Positions 1 through 14,100 of a DNA stretch of 64,000 nt are shown here, in pieces (the stretch's first letter is position 1; each line of letters starts with the position of its first letter). Under the pieces are notes generated by a model that was not told the DNA's origin, did not search any database, and saw nothing but the letters and a program-made list of their open reading frames with translations. Where the stretch lies: NCBI RefSeq assembly GCF_964355755.1, contig NC_092677.1:6222101-6286100 (forward strand). The letters run 5' to 3'. Source of the stretch: Antedon mediterranea (lineage: Eukaryota > Animalia > Echinodermata). The translations under genes were made by a program, and so were the position numbers.

Positions 1-3000
1 ATATTACTTTACAAAAACAGCATAAAAGACTCCGCATACAATATGCCAGGAGTGCTGTAAAGACTATTGATTCTCTTAAAAAAAAAAATTATTGTTCAAT
101 TTTAAAGCTCTCTACAAAAGAGTAGGGAAAATCATTTTGGAAATTTAATTTCAGATCTTCATTTAAACATGTATTATGTTCACAAAATATTTGTTCGTGT
201 TTGGTGTCACTGATATACATCTTTTTTCTTGTATGTAATATTCATGCTATGTGCAAATAAAGAAATATAAATATATTTTTATCTGGCTCTAAATTGAATG
301 TGTAACTATTGGATAATGAAATTATATATTAAACCATGTAATGGGAACTATTTTATTTAATTGTTGTAAATGTGATATTCATATGAAAAATCTGGAATTC
401 TTAAAATAAATGACATTGTGGCTTCTTGGGAGTATTAGTAAATGTTGAACTACTGAGGGTAAAAATCAATGATCCTAAACAACTCATTCATTCAAGTTTA
501 GGCCTAGATAAAGTAGAGCCACTACTGAAATCTAAAATCAAGCTATATTTTAATAACTAAAGTTTTAAATTTGTGTAATATTATAATTTGTTTACATTTG
601 TTATGTTTAAAACAGTAATATTTACTAAACTTTGTGTTAAATCTACAGTATGTATCTAAAATAGTTAAATATGAAAAAAACGAGCCTTGTGCGTACGCTA
701 ACCTGACTTAGGGTCAAAGTTCACTAGCACCGATATCTATTCCTATTTTAAGTATTATATTACTTTGTTTATTAATACTTTGTTTTACATAGATTTGATT
801 GTATAATTATTTCATATTTTCAATTACTTGATTTTATATATTGTCAATAGAAGGAATTTAATTTATATGTTATGTGTGTGAAATAATTGCGACTGCTTTT
901 CAATATTTAAAGTAATCATGAGATGTTGGTTCCATACAATATAATTAAAATTGCATTTATAATAAGCGTACTCCATGCTAGTATCTTTATGAATTATTTA
1001 AAGATTATATGTATAAAACTTCTTTATCTATTATGAATATAGTAGTAGGCCAATAATTAGATCATTTATGGAACTGAATACTGAAATGCCCCGTCGATTC
1101 TAAAACGTATGTGCTCAAAAGTACTTTTTGACATAGAATAGAAATGTTAATTAACGTTCACCAAATCCAGAAACTCTATGGAGACCTAACAAATACACCA
1201 AATATTAATTCACATGCAAATTAAACATGTTCGCAAGTATGTGAATTTAAAGGCTAAGCAATGAGTTTATAATGTTGTAGTAAGATGCCTATTTTTTTAA
1301 TAGTACATCAGCCCAAAACTTTCTATTGCGAGATTGTACTTTTTTTTCCAAACTGTGGACTAGGCAAGTATTATGGTTTAGGAGGACTGAATCTTTTAAT
1401 ATAATAATTACCTCACAAATGTCAGAATGTTTTTTACTTGTTGCAGGCAAAATAACAATATTTGTATTTTCATGTTTCATAACCGTAAAAATAAATATGT
1501 GAATTAAATTTTATATTTTGTGTAATACATTAAAGTACCAACAAAATGTTATTCTTCATATTTCCAGACAGCATCTTGTGAGTCGACTCTTCCATACTAA
1601 ACTCTGAAAACCGGAAACTTTCCCAATACCAAACTCTACTTTGTATAAATTAGTTTTATTTATAGGTCCATGGTATGACAAACATAAGCAAGTATAGCAT
1701 ATTTTTGTGTACATGAATACACAAGTGTCGCTTCCTATCCAGAATGAAATATTATTATTCAATGTTTGGCATGGATGAAGTCCATGGTATCGGTAGCGTA
1801 ACAGCTGTGAGCGCTCCCTGGCTAAACCCAGAAGTTTAAGGGGCCCAGAGCATGAGGAGCTCATTGGACGGACCCTTAGAAGTGTCCACTGCATAGTATA
1901 ATTATAGAATAGGTCCACGATCTGAAAAGCAGTTGTCAACATTATTGGTATTGGTTCAAACAGAACAAACATACCCAGCCCTGCAATGAATAGTTCAGCA
2001 GGTTAATAGGGCACAGGGTTACCAGATGAATAATTTAGGCAAAACAAACAGTAAAGATTGAAATTGTAACTGCTCAGAAATATTATTTTTACCCATATTC
2101 CCACCACATATGTATATTTATAATCGGCCAATTACAGTAAATTTCAGTCTTAAAAGTACTGTATCTATTTGTGCAAAGTTGCATATACTGTACCATGGAT
2201 ATCCTCTGGATGGCCTCAAACTTGTCCATGAATAAATGACAAAGGCAAACGCAAACAAAACAGCTGGTTTATATTTATAGAAGCAGCAATTCGCTTTAAT
2301 AATAATTTCAAGTGAAAATGCAGATTCATGGGAAATGTGTAAGAATTATATAACATCATCCTGTAATTTAATGAACATCCTATTCATGTTTTATGTCTAG
2401 CCTACTGCTCTATTTTTCCAAAATTATTTGCATTTCATAGGCAAATTCTGCCATAGGAAATGTATAAATAAGAATCATATAACATCATTTAATGAGCAAT
2501 TCCTATTCTATTTTATGCCTTTATTAATAGGCTATGTACTAGACCTACTGTGTATAAATATACCTACAGTACATCATATAAACTAACTCTTTGGAATGTT
2601 TTGGCCAAGGTAATCAAGGCCTGGACTGAAGGCCTAACACTGTAATAACACAGAAATAGACCCATGTCTACTACCCCAGGAATTAGGCCAAGGCCCATGA
2701 TCTGCCTTGAAAATGTTAACTTACTGGTTTTACTATAGCATACATTACTTTTTATAATCTCTATTATACAATTTTGGCTATTGCAATGCAGTTTCTGATG
2801 GTTTTCAACAGGACGGCGATAACATCAAGAAAACTGTTGTGTGATTAGCAAGCAGTTACGATTTCCTACCGTAAAAAAATGCAAAGTGTTTGTGACAAAT
2901 CAAAGACTATTACTACTTTTTCTATTGGTACAAGACAAAATAGTTTTAACATAAAAAATGTTGATGGAAATGACCGTGTACCTTGCAGTCATCTTTAACA

Positions 3001-5173
3001 CAAAACACAACATCTTACATTAAACTTTTCTTGTACTGTATTATACAAACAATATACAGTATCTTAAACTAACAAGGAAGTCAAGTTGGCCGAGTTCTCT
3101 CTACAACTTCAGTAACCACTCCTCTTCTTACACCGTCATATTTTTTCAACAATAGTGTTGTCACTGAATTGCATTCCACATTCAATCAAAACCAAAAGAA
3201 CTTCTATGTGAGTTATAAATGTGGAAGAAAACTGAATTGTAAATCTGGATAACATTTTGTTTTTAAACAGCAACTCTGGAAATTCTACAGTCTGCTATGC
3301 ACACATGGTCATTGGATTGCAACTAGATGGTAGATGATTTTGCAGCATCTTGGAAAGTTGGTAAATAAAAACAGCACCGATCATTAATTGAAATCTGAAA
3401 AGACAAATGTATTGTATTTGTTTAGGACACCATAATACATTAATTGAAATAATAGTATACAAGAACAAAAGCATGCCAGGTGGTTTTGTTTTAGAGAAAA
3501 GGTCGCAATGAAGATCAATCAATAGAAATAGTTTAACAGGTTTCAAACATCTATTACTGTAGTTTTCATCCCAATAAATGTACAAGGAGATAGATTATAT
3601 ATATAGAATATATAGAATGGAATATAGACTATAGAATACTGTTCCCCCTCCCGTCTTAACCATCTCCCCGATGACACATTAATGGGGATCATGTTAGCTG
3701 CATTATTTGTATGATAGCTTCAGAATATAAATTGTAATCATGTCTAGGCATTCGGTATGTTCAGTGGTGCCACTCAATGAGCTTTAATGTAGATCTGTTG
3801 CCCTCGATGCAGATTCTTGCATTAATACTTCAAATGCAAATGTTAATGCAAAAAGGGCTCTTTTTTGTTGTAAGCTTTAAAAAAAAAACCAGACAAGATT
3901 GGTGGAATAATTTATCGCATAAACTTGCCTGTTGAAAGTTTGCCCAAGAAGATCGACCACATTATTGAACATACGAATAACCTAGTCAAACCTTTTACGT
4001 ACTCATCATAAGCCATTTAAATGGAGATTTTTAAGCTTTAATTCCACTGTTCTTCCACTAAAGAATAAATCATAATCCTAGTCTTTTATGTTATGCGAAT
4101 TGATATTAGCAAACAGTATGGGACAGGCAATGGGCTGGTAAAATGACAGGTTTACCATGAAACTAAGCATTGATAACAGTTTCATGCAATTGCCACTAGA
4201 TTACATAGTGTACTATACTATCTGACTGTTTAGGTTCAAACATAGTTTTAAAAACCTTCTCAGTACAATTCTGGTAATTTTGATATCGCATGCATGCAAT
4301 ACAGTGAGTATAGAAAAATATTGTATAGAATAACCCTACTCTGTCTATCATAGTAGTATACAGTAGATGGCGTGTTTGCCAATAATGAAGTGCTTACATA
4401 AAGTACATGTGACTCAGCATATAAATACCACTCATTGTTAAGCAAACAATACCTGACAGTCGGCATCAAATTTTCTATACCTACTCAAATAATGGTTCTT
4501 CCCACAATAAAGACTGACCTGCAAATTTAATACTGAATACACTAAATTTATACTTGGAGGAAGAATTCAACAAAAACTATATTTACATTTAAATTTCCAA
4601 TTAGAATGCATCAGTAGCCATTTAAAATTAGGTAAAATATAGCCTCAAGTTTAATATTGTACATTTGTTTGCAAAAAACCACAATAAAAAAAATTCCTTA
4701 AGCACACATTCATACACATTCTTGTACCAATTCATTGCAAATTTAATTTGTACTTTTTTCTTATACACAAAAATATTTTTATTTCATTTGAGTCTTAATT
4801 TAGTTAAAGAAACTTAAATCTGAATGTTCTTGCATACAAAATCTTTTTTTTTTATAAAAATGTGTGCAAATTTAAATCGATCAATCAATAAATAAAACCG
4901 ACACATGTTCAGAAACTTTGATTGTCAAACATCTTTGTTACGGTCTATTGGTTTCATTTGGAAGCTTTCCCTAGCACTTTAGCAGCTTTATCAGAATAAT
5001 CGAAAATGTATAGATTGTGTGTATTGTTATTAGACATTCAAAATCAATAACCAACCGTGTACAAATTTATAGGCCAAGGTAAACAATTTTATTCCACATG
5101 GGTTGAATAAAATCATATTTTTCAGTGCTGCTATTTTAAACAAAACTGGAATTTTTTTTACCTTTTTTATCTA

Positions 5174-8100
5174 TCAAAATTTTTTTCTTTTTGTCTTCAC
5201 TGGAACGTTCTTGAATAATTCATCAGCTATTTGACTAAATTCACATTTGTCTTCATCAGCCTTCAATGTGTAAAAGAGAAATAATTACCAACACTTAAAA
5301 ACACTATTTTATATAGAAAAAGTTTAAACAAATAAAACTATGGTACTTGGTAATGAATACCAATGAGTAGGCCTATTAACATAGCCTTTTTTGCCATTGT
5401 AATCTCAATGGGCCCTCACTAAATGAATACCTACCTGACCTCGAAACATTTCCTTCACATCTTCCGGCACCTCGTTGTAATGAGTGACAAGATCATCGCC
5501 ACCAATGATGCGTGGCATACTCTGTTGCCCAGGATATGACCCCTAGTTAAAATGAACAAATTTCAGTCAATAATGTGGAGGAATTGGAAAATGCTTCTTT
5601 AACTCGGTTTTGCCAGATTCTAGGTTTTGGCAACAACCAATAACGCAATACTGTGGTGTACTGCTGAGGTTTGAGGTCACTGATGTAGGGACACTAAGTG
5701 GCCCTCTAACGCTGTCATATTCTAATGCATTTTTCCCTCCGGACCTTGCTCAGCCAGAGAGCGCTCATACCTGCTATGCCTCTGAATAAAGTACCCCTAC
5801 TGTAGGCCATCATAATTAAAAGTTCCATGGTTGATGGCCAGAGTGGGTTTGATGTCTTGAAATAATAACATAACTAAAGCATAAACTACAATATTTAACA
5901 TAATTATTTTGTAAATCTACCTTTTTAAAACGCTTGAAGTTTTTGACATTTAACAGCATAACGTCTTGATTTTGAATCCTGTGGTTATTTGGTCGACGGT
6001 AAACCAGTACAGTTTCACTTGTCTTCACTAAGTTAGTGGGGAGATCGTCTAATTCTGGTTTTATAGCATCATCAGGGCTAATCTTGAAGCATTCCTGGTT
6101 AAAAATACAAAAATTTGTAAATTCAATATTTAATTTAAAAAACAATACTGGTTTGTTTAGGCACATGTTCACATCAAGCATACATATTTATTATAAAATA
6201 TTGATTGTTATAAAAACAGTGTTAAATGAATGTTGTGAGTTCAAACATCATTAAAACATATTAGAAAACATTAGTTTTTAATCTTCAACAATTTTCAACA
6301 TAAAAAACATAGAGAGAAGAGTATGTCTGTTTCAACAAAAAACACACACAAAAGCACAATTTGTTTACACAATAAAATGTTCAAAATAAACAAGAGAAAA
6401 GAGAGAGAGGAGGGTATGTGCCATAAACTATTAAACAAACAATAACATGTGAGTGTGCTGTTAAATAGTTTATGAATTGCTTTAATTATGCTATATTATT
6501 TTTAACACCAAATTGTTAGAAATTGTAGTAAATTTTTAAAGAATTTAAATACTCTCACCAATTTGTTGCCTTGTTCTCTGTATGGTACTGTACTAATGTT
6601 TTGAGTTTAGGAAAACTATTTAAAACATAGATGGTCATTCCCACTCTCTACAGTAAAGCCTCCATCTATTCCAATGGGAGACTCATGAATGAAAGCCTAA
6701 TTAATAGAGGAGACTAAATTGGGAGAGCACACATGTTTTCTGTGTATTTACTACTGTATATACAAAACTATATATTGAGTATATATATATTATTATTTCT
6801 GCAATGCCCTCTTCTCTCTCACTTCCCAGTATTAAGTAAACTATTTTATTATTAACATCTTTAAATGTGTTTAAACTTAATGTGACCAAAAAAAGTGATG
6901 TGCCGATTTTTGGACACAATGACATCATATCAAGTATTTGGGCACATTTTTTTTGGTCAAACGAGTTTGAAAAAAAAAATAGATAAATAAATTTAAAATT
7001 TAAATGAACATTAAGTTGAGAATGTAGTAAATATTTCTCACTTAGTCTCTATCAAAATTATCAGACTAAAATATATAAGTTTTATTTAATTCGACAATTA
7101 CAGTAAATTAAACTCCTAGAAACTTTTATCTGTGACAAGGGTAAAACAAGTCTGGAAAAACTAAATTGAAACAATATTTCATGTAATAGATATTTTATTA
7201 ATTGAAGAATTGAAAAAAAAAATGCAAAACTAATTGACTGAAAAAAACATATTTCTATATGGAAAAAACAGCTTCATTCTTTATAAAAACAAACTCATTT
7301 TAATCATCTTGTAAAACTTCCTCTGTACTCAAAAGGTCGCGATCCTCTAGTTATTGGGAGCATTCGATTTATGCTATGTACAAGAAATGATGTGCCTCGC
7401 TTATTCAAGTGGAGACCATGCCAAGTAAATTTTGTAGAATCAATGCCATTTTCATTAGTAAAAACACTGGTATGGTCGATGAACAACTCTCCATATTCAT
7501 TCTTCAACATATCGTTAGCCTTCGAAACGCATTCATTGTAATTAAGGTTGTCTGAGCGAGGGCATATGCCTGATATAAACACATGGCCAGATATTTCCTG
7601 CTTAAGATGAGATGTAAACTCCTGGAAATCCTTGCACAGGTTATCCACTGTAAAACCATAATTACTGCAATCATTCGTACCAGCATGGATAACTACATTC
7701 ACCACTTTTGTCAAATCAATTTTCTTGACAGCTGCGAAGATTTGACGAACAACGGCCCCTCGCATACATTTGATAGAAGTATCAGCTAACCCATAGACGT
7801 TGATATGTTTTATCATTGAGTCACCAATAATAAAATTCTTCGTAGTAATAACCTCATCAAATGACCTTTGTCTCGAAATATTCTTGTTAGAGCTATGTGT
7901 TAATTCAATGTTCACTAAAATAGTTGACTTTTCTTCCGCCGAAAATACCTCTCCTCCTTCACTTTCAGATGAAGTATCAAATGAACGCCTCTGTCGGTAA
8001 GTGGATAAAGGATTGACTGGTTTATTAAATAAATTCTTCTTTATTACCTGAGCTTGGACACTGATGAATCCACCAGACAAGGTCCTTGGGCGTCCTGCTT

Positions 8101-11100
8101 GGTGTTTGTTTTTTTCCGTCTCTGAATCTTCCTGAAAATACAAATTATTTTATTTTTTATTTCATGTCTTTAGGCAATGTGGCCAAGGATTACCAATAGT
8201 GAATTAATCACTGTCCTATCAGATAGGTGGTAATAATCCCCCTGATACAGGGGCTATTTTGTGAACCAGTTCACCGGGGTAACCCCCTACTCTTTTCGAA
8301 TAATGAACTGGGTTCTTTAAAGTGCACACAGGTTATAACTGTGTACACTGGACCTACGGTTTATAGTCCTTATCCGAGAAGACTTGTTCCACCACCAGAA
8401 CTAGGAGCGAGTCGGCCTCGAACCCTTGCCGACGTTGTTGGCTTTTTAGGTACAGTAAACGGCGCCCCTGCCTTAACCGCTCGGCCATTTGACTCGCTTA
8501 TAAAGGTGTGTTTTGAAAGAAAAATATTTCCATACATAGTTGCTTCATCATGTTTTTAGTTTACTAACTTGAGATGGTTACCAACCTACATGCAAAAAAA
8601 ACCTTAACCAAAGCTCTGTCTATACTATCAAACTTTACGCGACAATGTGATGTGCCCATATACTGTATACCCATGATGTCATATCAATACCATATTTGGG
8701 CACATCACACTTTTTGTAAACTAGTTTGATAGTGTAGACTAATAAAGCATATTAAATGATGCTACCACTTGCTACCTGTTTTATTAATTATTGTTCACAT
8801 GCAATAAAATATTTACTGCAAAAGACGAACAGGACCGAGAAATTAACAACTGAATACTGAAAAAAAACATACCTCAAATTCAATTTTAATTTTCTTTTTC
8901 CACAATCCAGTGCTGTCATCAGTATTACCACATTCCTTTCTCTTTGGTGTCCGCTTACTCTTACTTGTTGATGGTTCTTCAAGTGTCACATCTGGTTCCT
9001 TTGCCTCTCTGCTAGCTTGTCTTGAATCTTTACAAGTTTTTAACAAGTCAGACTTTCTTTTCCCTTTCTTTTCTTCTGTAGAATCTTTGTGCACAACTTC
9101 TTTTTCTGGAAACATATTTTCATCTGCATCATCTGAAGAAGGAATCTCTTTTTTATTTATTTCCATGTCAACCTCGCTTGCTGCTTCAGACAATGTGTCA
9201 GCATCAGTTGATGTTTCTATCAAGGTTGTTGAAGGTTGAAGGAAGGAGTTCAGGTTACTCTGTTTGCTATTTTTCTTCGTAACATTACTTTTAGGCAAGA
9301 GTTCTTTGGTTTTTGCTGCTTTAAGATTACTAGACATGGATTCATTTCTTTCTGTTTTCTGGGATTCAAAACGAGCCATTTTATTTGGAGATTGGAAATC
9401 ATGGTCCTGATCCTGTCTATTTCTAAAGAAGTATAAATTAGAAAAGAGAAATAAATTGAATATATATGAATCAAAATATTGCGATGCTTTAATGTGTAAA
9501 AAGAATATAAATATAAAATATCATGCAAACAAAATAGCAAATAAACCTCTTTTTGTTATCAGACTTTTCAAGGCGTGTTTCATCGATGATGCTCACTTCC
9601 CCAACAGCCTTTGTTCTTGCAATTCTTTTACTACTTTGTTGGGGTGTTTGTGTCTCAGGGGCTAGAACGACTTGGGTGTCAAGAGTCTGAGAAGCTCGTG
9701 CATACATAAGATTAAGCCCACCTAAGATGATCGAGAAAAAAAAAATATAGTTAATACAATAATATCCTATGAAAAGACACTCATTAAACACTGGCCTAGT
9801 ACTCCAACACAAACTGTTTTCTTTTGCCTTCCCTTAGGAAACATTAAATTGGCTACTGCCACCCACTTACTTTGAGACACTGCTGGGTTGCAATGAAGCT
9901 CTGTAGAACAGTAGAGGACTGCTAATCCAATCTCCTGGTTTTGAATAGGTCGCAAGTCACTCCTAAAATAACAAAGTAAATTCAAAGAATGAAGAGAATG
10001 AGGAATAATGGAACAAAATGAATGCATCATTCATTCTTTAAGCAAACAAAGAAAATAGGAAAGTGTCAATAAAGGGAGTAGGCTAACAGATGACAGATAC
10101 CTCTAAAACAGCTTCACCCCAATTTTCACACATATTTATTTTTTGAATACTTTTAAATAAAACAAAGTAGGTAATAAAGTACTAATCAAAGTCTACATCT
10201 AGTACACCTGTGACACGAAAGACATATTTGAATAGATAACGTGATGATGATGCAATTCTTATATTGCCTGGCAAGGCATTCCACATAAACACACCATTTC
10301 AGCTATGAAAATGAAAATGTCTTAATTTACTTACTGTTCTAAGATTGCATAAACTTTTCCAGCCCATTGCTGATGACTAGGCAACCCTGCCTGTGTGTCT
10401 TCATCAGGGCTTGAGCAAACTACACATGTACCAGACTGGGTCAAAACTTTAACATCTTTTGTGGGTTCATCCATTAACATGCATTGCCCACCGCCAAATG
10501 AAACAGCAGTCTTCATTGTAGTGTACTACAATGATAATACATCAGATTTAAAATTTAAATACAAATTAATGCTTTTATTGTAGAACTTTTTATTGAAACT
10601 TATAAACAATATTTTGGAATTTAAAACTAAATAAGTTTGAAAAAAAAAAGTATATATATATATATACTATACAGTTGGAGTGGGGAGGCATTCATAGGTA
10701 TAATAATAAAATAAATTGAATAAATTATGGGTAAAGTTTATTATAGATTTATTTTATTTTAATCAAAACCAACCGCGATAATTACGCCACTAACAGGTTT
10801 TATACAAACAAAGCCAGGAATGTTTAAAGCACCTTGATTAATCCTAACATTGATCCAGGGCTTCTCTCATCCAGTGCCCACATTGACCAGAGGTCTGAGG
10901 CAGATACTAGATGCAGGGACTGCAAGTCAGCAATAAAAATAGTGGGGGTGAGGATACTGCAAGTAACTAGGCAGGCATACTGTATTGTAAAATCTAACCT
11001 CTTTTTCGGTTAAAAAAACAAACTTTTTGTCTTTGAAGACCTTTTTCCTGAGTGGATTAGCCTGGAAAGATACTTCATCTTTGCGTATGTTAGCCTCAAC

Positions 11101-14100
11101 AACGTCCGGAAGGAATCTTCAAGAAAATTAATTAGCAAAAATAAACATCAAGAATTGAACAATATGGAAAATTACTAACCATATATACATGACCATCCAG
11201 TACATGTCATGTACTGTTTATATATAAAGTATCATCATTATGTCACGTAAAAAGTATACTGGAGAGTAAAATCTCTTGCACATTTAATAACACCTCTCTT
11301 TCAGGGAGTAGTAGCAATAGTAAGACTGTATTTTTATTAAATTTAAATAAATTTATTAAATTAAATGTACATACTGGCTGATATTTGGTAAACTAGTTTG
11401 ACTTTCTGCTGCTTTGATCAGTTTGTTCAGGTATTCCAAGGTAACTATAGGACAACAGGATACCAGAGCACAAATCACCTAGCATGGAGAAACAAATGAT
11501 ATTGTTAATTCTGAGCATTTGTTCAGTGGGGTTATGTCCATCTCAGCTGCCGGTTACAGAACACGATATTGTATTGAGCACCAGAAGTGCCCGTTATGGT
11601 AATAATAATAATAATACCACATTTATATAGCGCCCTTTTCATGAGTAATCATGCTCAAAGGCGCTTTACAAGCATTATTACCCCAGTATTTTTTTTGGGA
11701 TCAAACACGTATGGAAACATACTCCCATAATGCAGCCGGTAACCAGCGCAAAGTTGTGTGTAGATCTAACTGGGTACCCATTTATACACCTGGGTGGAGA
11801 GAGGCAACGTAAGTAAAGTATCTTGCCTACGGATACAAGCAATGCGGCGAGAGTTGGATTCGAACCTAATAATAATAAATGATAATAAATGAAAACTTAT
11901 ATAGCGCCGGTATCCTCCACCCATGTGGCGCTCATGGCGCTTTGTGCATTAACAACGTGCGAGAACATCAGCGAATAGCGACGTCTTTAGGTTGGTCTTG
12001 AAACTGTTTAGACTAGTTGAGCATTTAACTGTTGCTGGTAAGCTGTTCCATACACTTGCGGCCGCAACGTAAAAAGATCTCTGACCCCACTGATTTTTCG
12101 CTCTACGCTCTTGAAGAAGGTTTTGTGACAATGATCGTAGGCCTCTGCGGGATGATTCGTAACGATCCACAAGGTCAGATAAATAAGCAGGAGCACTGTC
12201 ATTTAGGATCTTGAATACAAACAACGCAAGTTTGTACTTAACACGTTGTTGAACAGGCAACCAATGCAAATCCATCAGGACAGGAGTTATGTGAGCGTTT
12301 GATTTTGTATAAGTTACAATTCTAGCTGCCATATTTTGCAAGCGCTGCAAACGTTGTATTTGAGATTTTGGTATGCCAAACAACAAGGCATTACCAATGT
12401 CAATTTTAGAAGTGACAAATGAGTGTACAATCAATTCAGCTGTTTTCTTGTTAAGATTACCGCGAATACGACCAAGGTTCCTAATCGATATGCATGCTGC
12501 TTTGGATACAGTTGTTATTTGTGCTTCCATAGTGAGATTACTATCCAGCATGATTCCCAGGTCTGACGATCGGTAGTCCAACGTCCAACACACTGCGCCA
12601 CACGCCCTTATGGTAGTGTAGCAGTGATGTATAGTGTACAATTCGGTTTTTTAATTCGGCAGCCGAGATGGATCTAACCCATTCAGTATACCAATAAGGC
12701 CAATTTTGCTTAACGGTGGCTTTACTATGGAATACTAACCTTCACTGTGACACTGATTTCAGACATCACAAGGTGTGTGCATTCTTTACTCCAGTTAGTA
12801 ACATAGTGACCACCCAATTTCAACAAATTAGCTTTCAAAACAGTTTTATTTGCACCAGACAATGAAGAACCAGCACAAACCAGTGGCTGATATTCAACTC
12901 TAACAAATAAAATTAATACAGTACTGTAAACATCCAAATGTAAAGATATCAGGTGGTTTCTCATGGCCAAACACAGTGTAACAATACACTTGGTCACATA
13001 CCACCTCACGGAGTGGAGTTGTGGCTTGGTGGTTATGATGCTTGGCTACCAATTCAAGGATCCTGTATATATGTAAGGATTTTTTCTAATGACAAATTAC
13101 AACTCGACTCCCAAAGACTTGTAATAAGACTTTGTTTATGTAGAGCATCTTGTGTATGTTTGTCTTGTGAACAGGATTGCCACTTTTAAGAAGGATAGTG
13201 AATGAATTCGCTTATGGTTATCCTTGGCAATTTGCCTAAACATATAATAAAATTAAAATACTTAGTTTGTTGATCTACATGTCATAAAGTAAACACACAC
13301 AATTGAAAGACTTTCTACCAAGCTTATACATAGGAAAACTCTCTAATTTAATACAACCTTTAAGTACTTTCTACCAACAGTAATTTTGTCTGCACCCTTA
13401 CCTCCAGGAGTTCGTACTAAGTGACCCAAACTCAATTTCGTCTCCATGTTTAAGGTCTGTTGAGCTATTGGTATTCACTTTTATCTTGTTGACAATTGTG
13501 CCATACTTGGAAGAGTCTTTCAGTGTGATAGCGGGTAGTCTTTCAGGATGTTTCTAGAATACGAATATTGTAGAAGGTGAACTGTATCACATCCAACAAA
13601 CTGGTGTGTGCAATTCAGATTCTTTAATCAAATTTTATTCATTCATTCTTTAATTCGTAAACAAGTAAATATATAAACAAAATAAATGAATACAACACTT
13701 TTAGTCGCGTCCAACCACGACTCTACAGCTCACTATGTCGGTCGGTTAACACTAACTCAAATTTGAGCATGCGACTGCAGCCATGGCCTTGTTAAAAAGA
13801 GTGGCCTAATATATAGATTGCGGTTTCTTCCAGTCAAATGCTTTAAGCCAAGTGGAAGAATTAGGTGCATATGCTATGTGGACACATTAATATCATGTTT
13901 ATAAACTCCTTAACCTACTAGATTGTCCTTTGAATGAGACACTGCAAAAGTAGCATGCTTCCTACTGATGGACTGGTCATTGGTGATGAGTATTGGGCAA
14001 CCTGATGATGAATAATACATTTGTTAAAGGGCTCTATTCTTAAACAAGAAGTTATGGCATTAAATATATCACACAATTGTTTGGTATATTTTGATTTAAC

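Noticed and set aside
1556-1972. 138-aa minus-strand ORF with a good upstream acceptor
   Set aside because: No recognisable motif and no exon partners found
6557-6600. Possible extra NBN micro-exon (donor TTG|GTGAGA)
   Set aside because: No nearby acceptor I tested gives a frame-preserving length; the flanking exons already join in phase 0
8227-8559. 110-aa + strand ORF
   Set aside because: Antisense reading of a SINE
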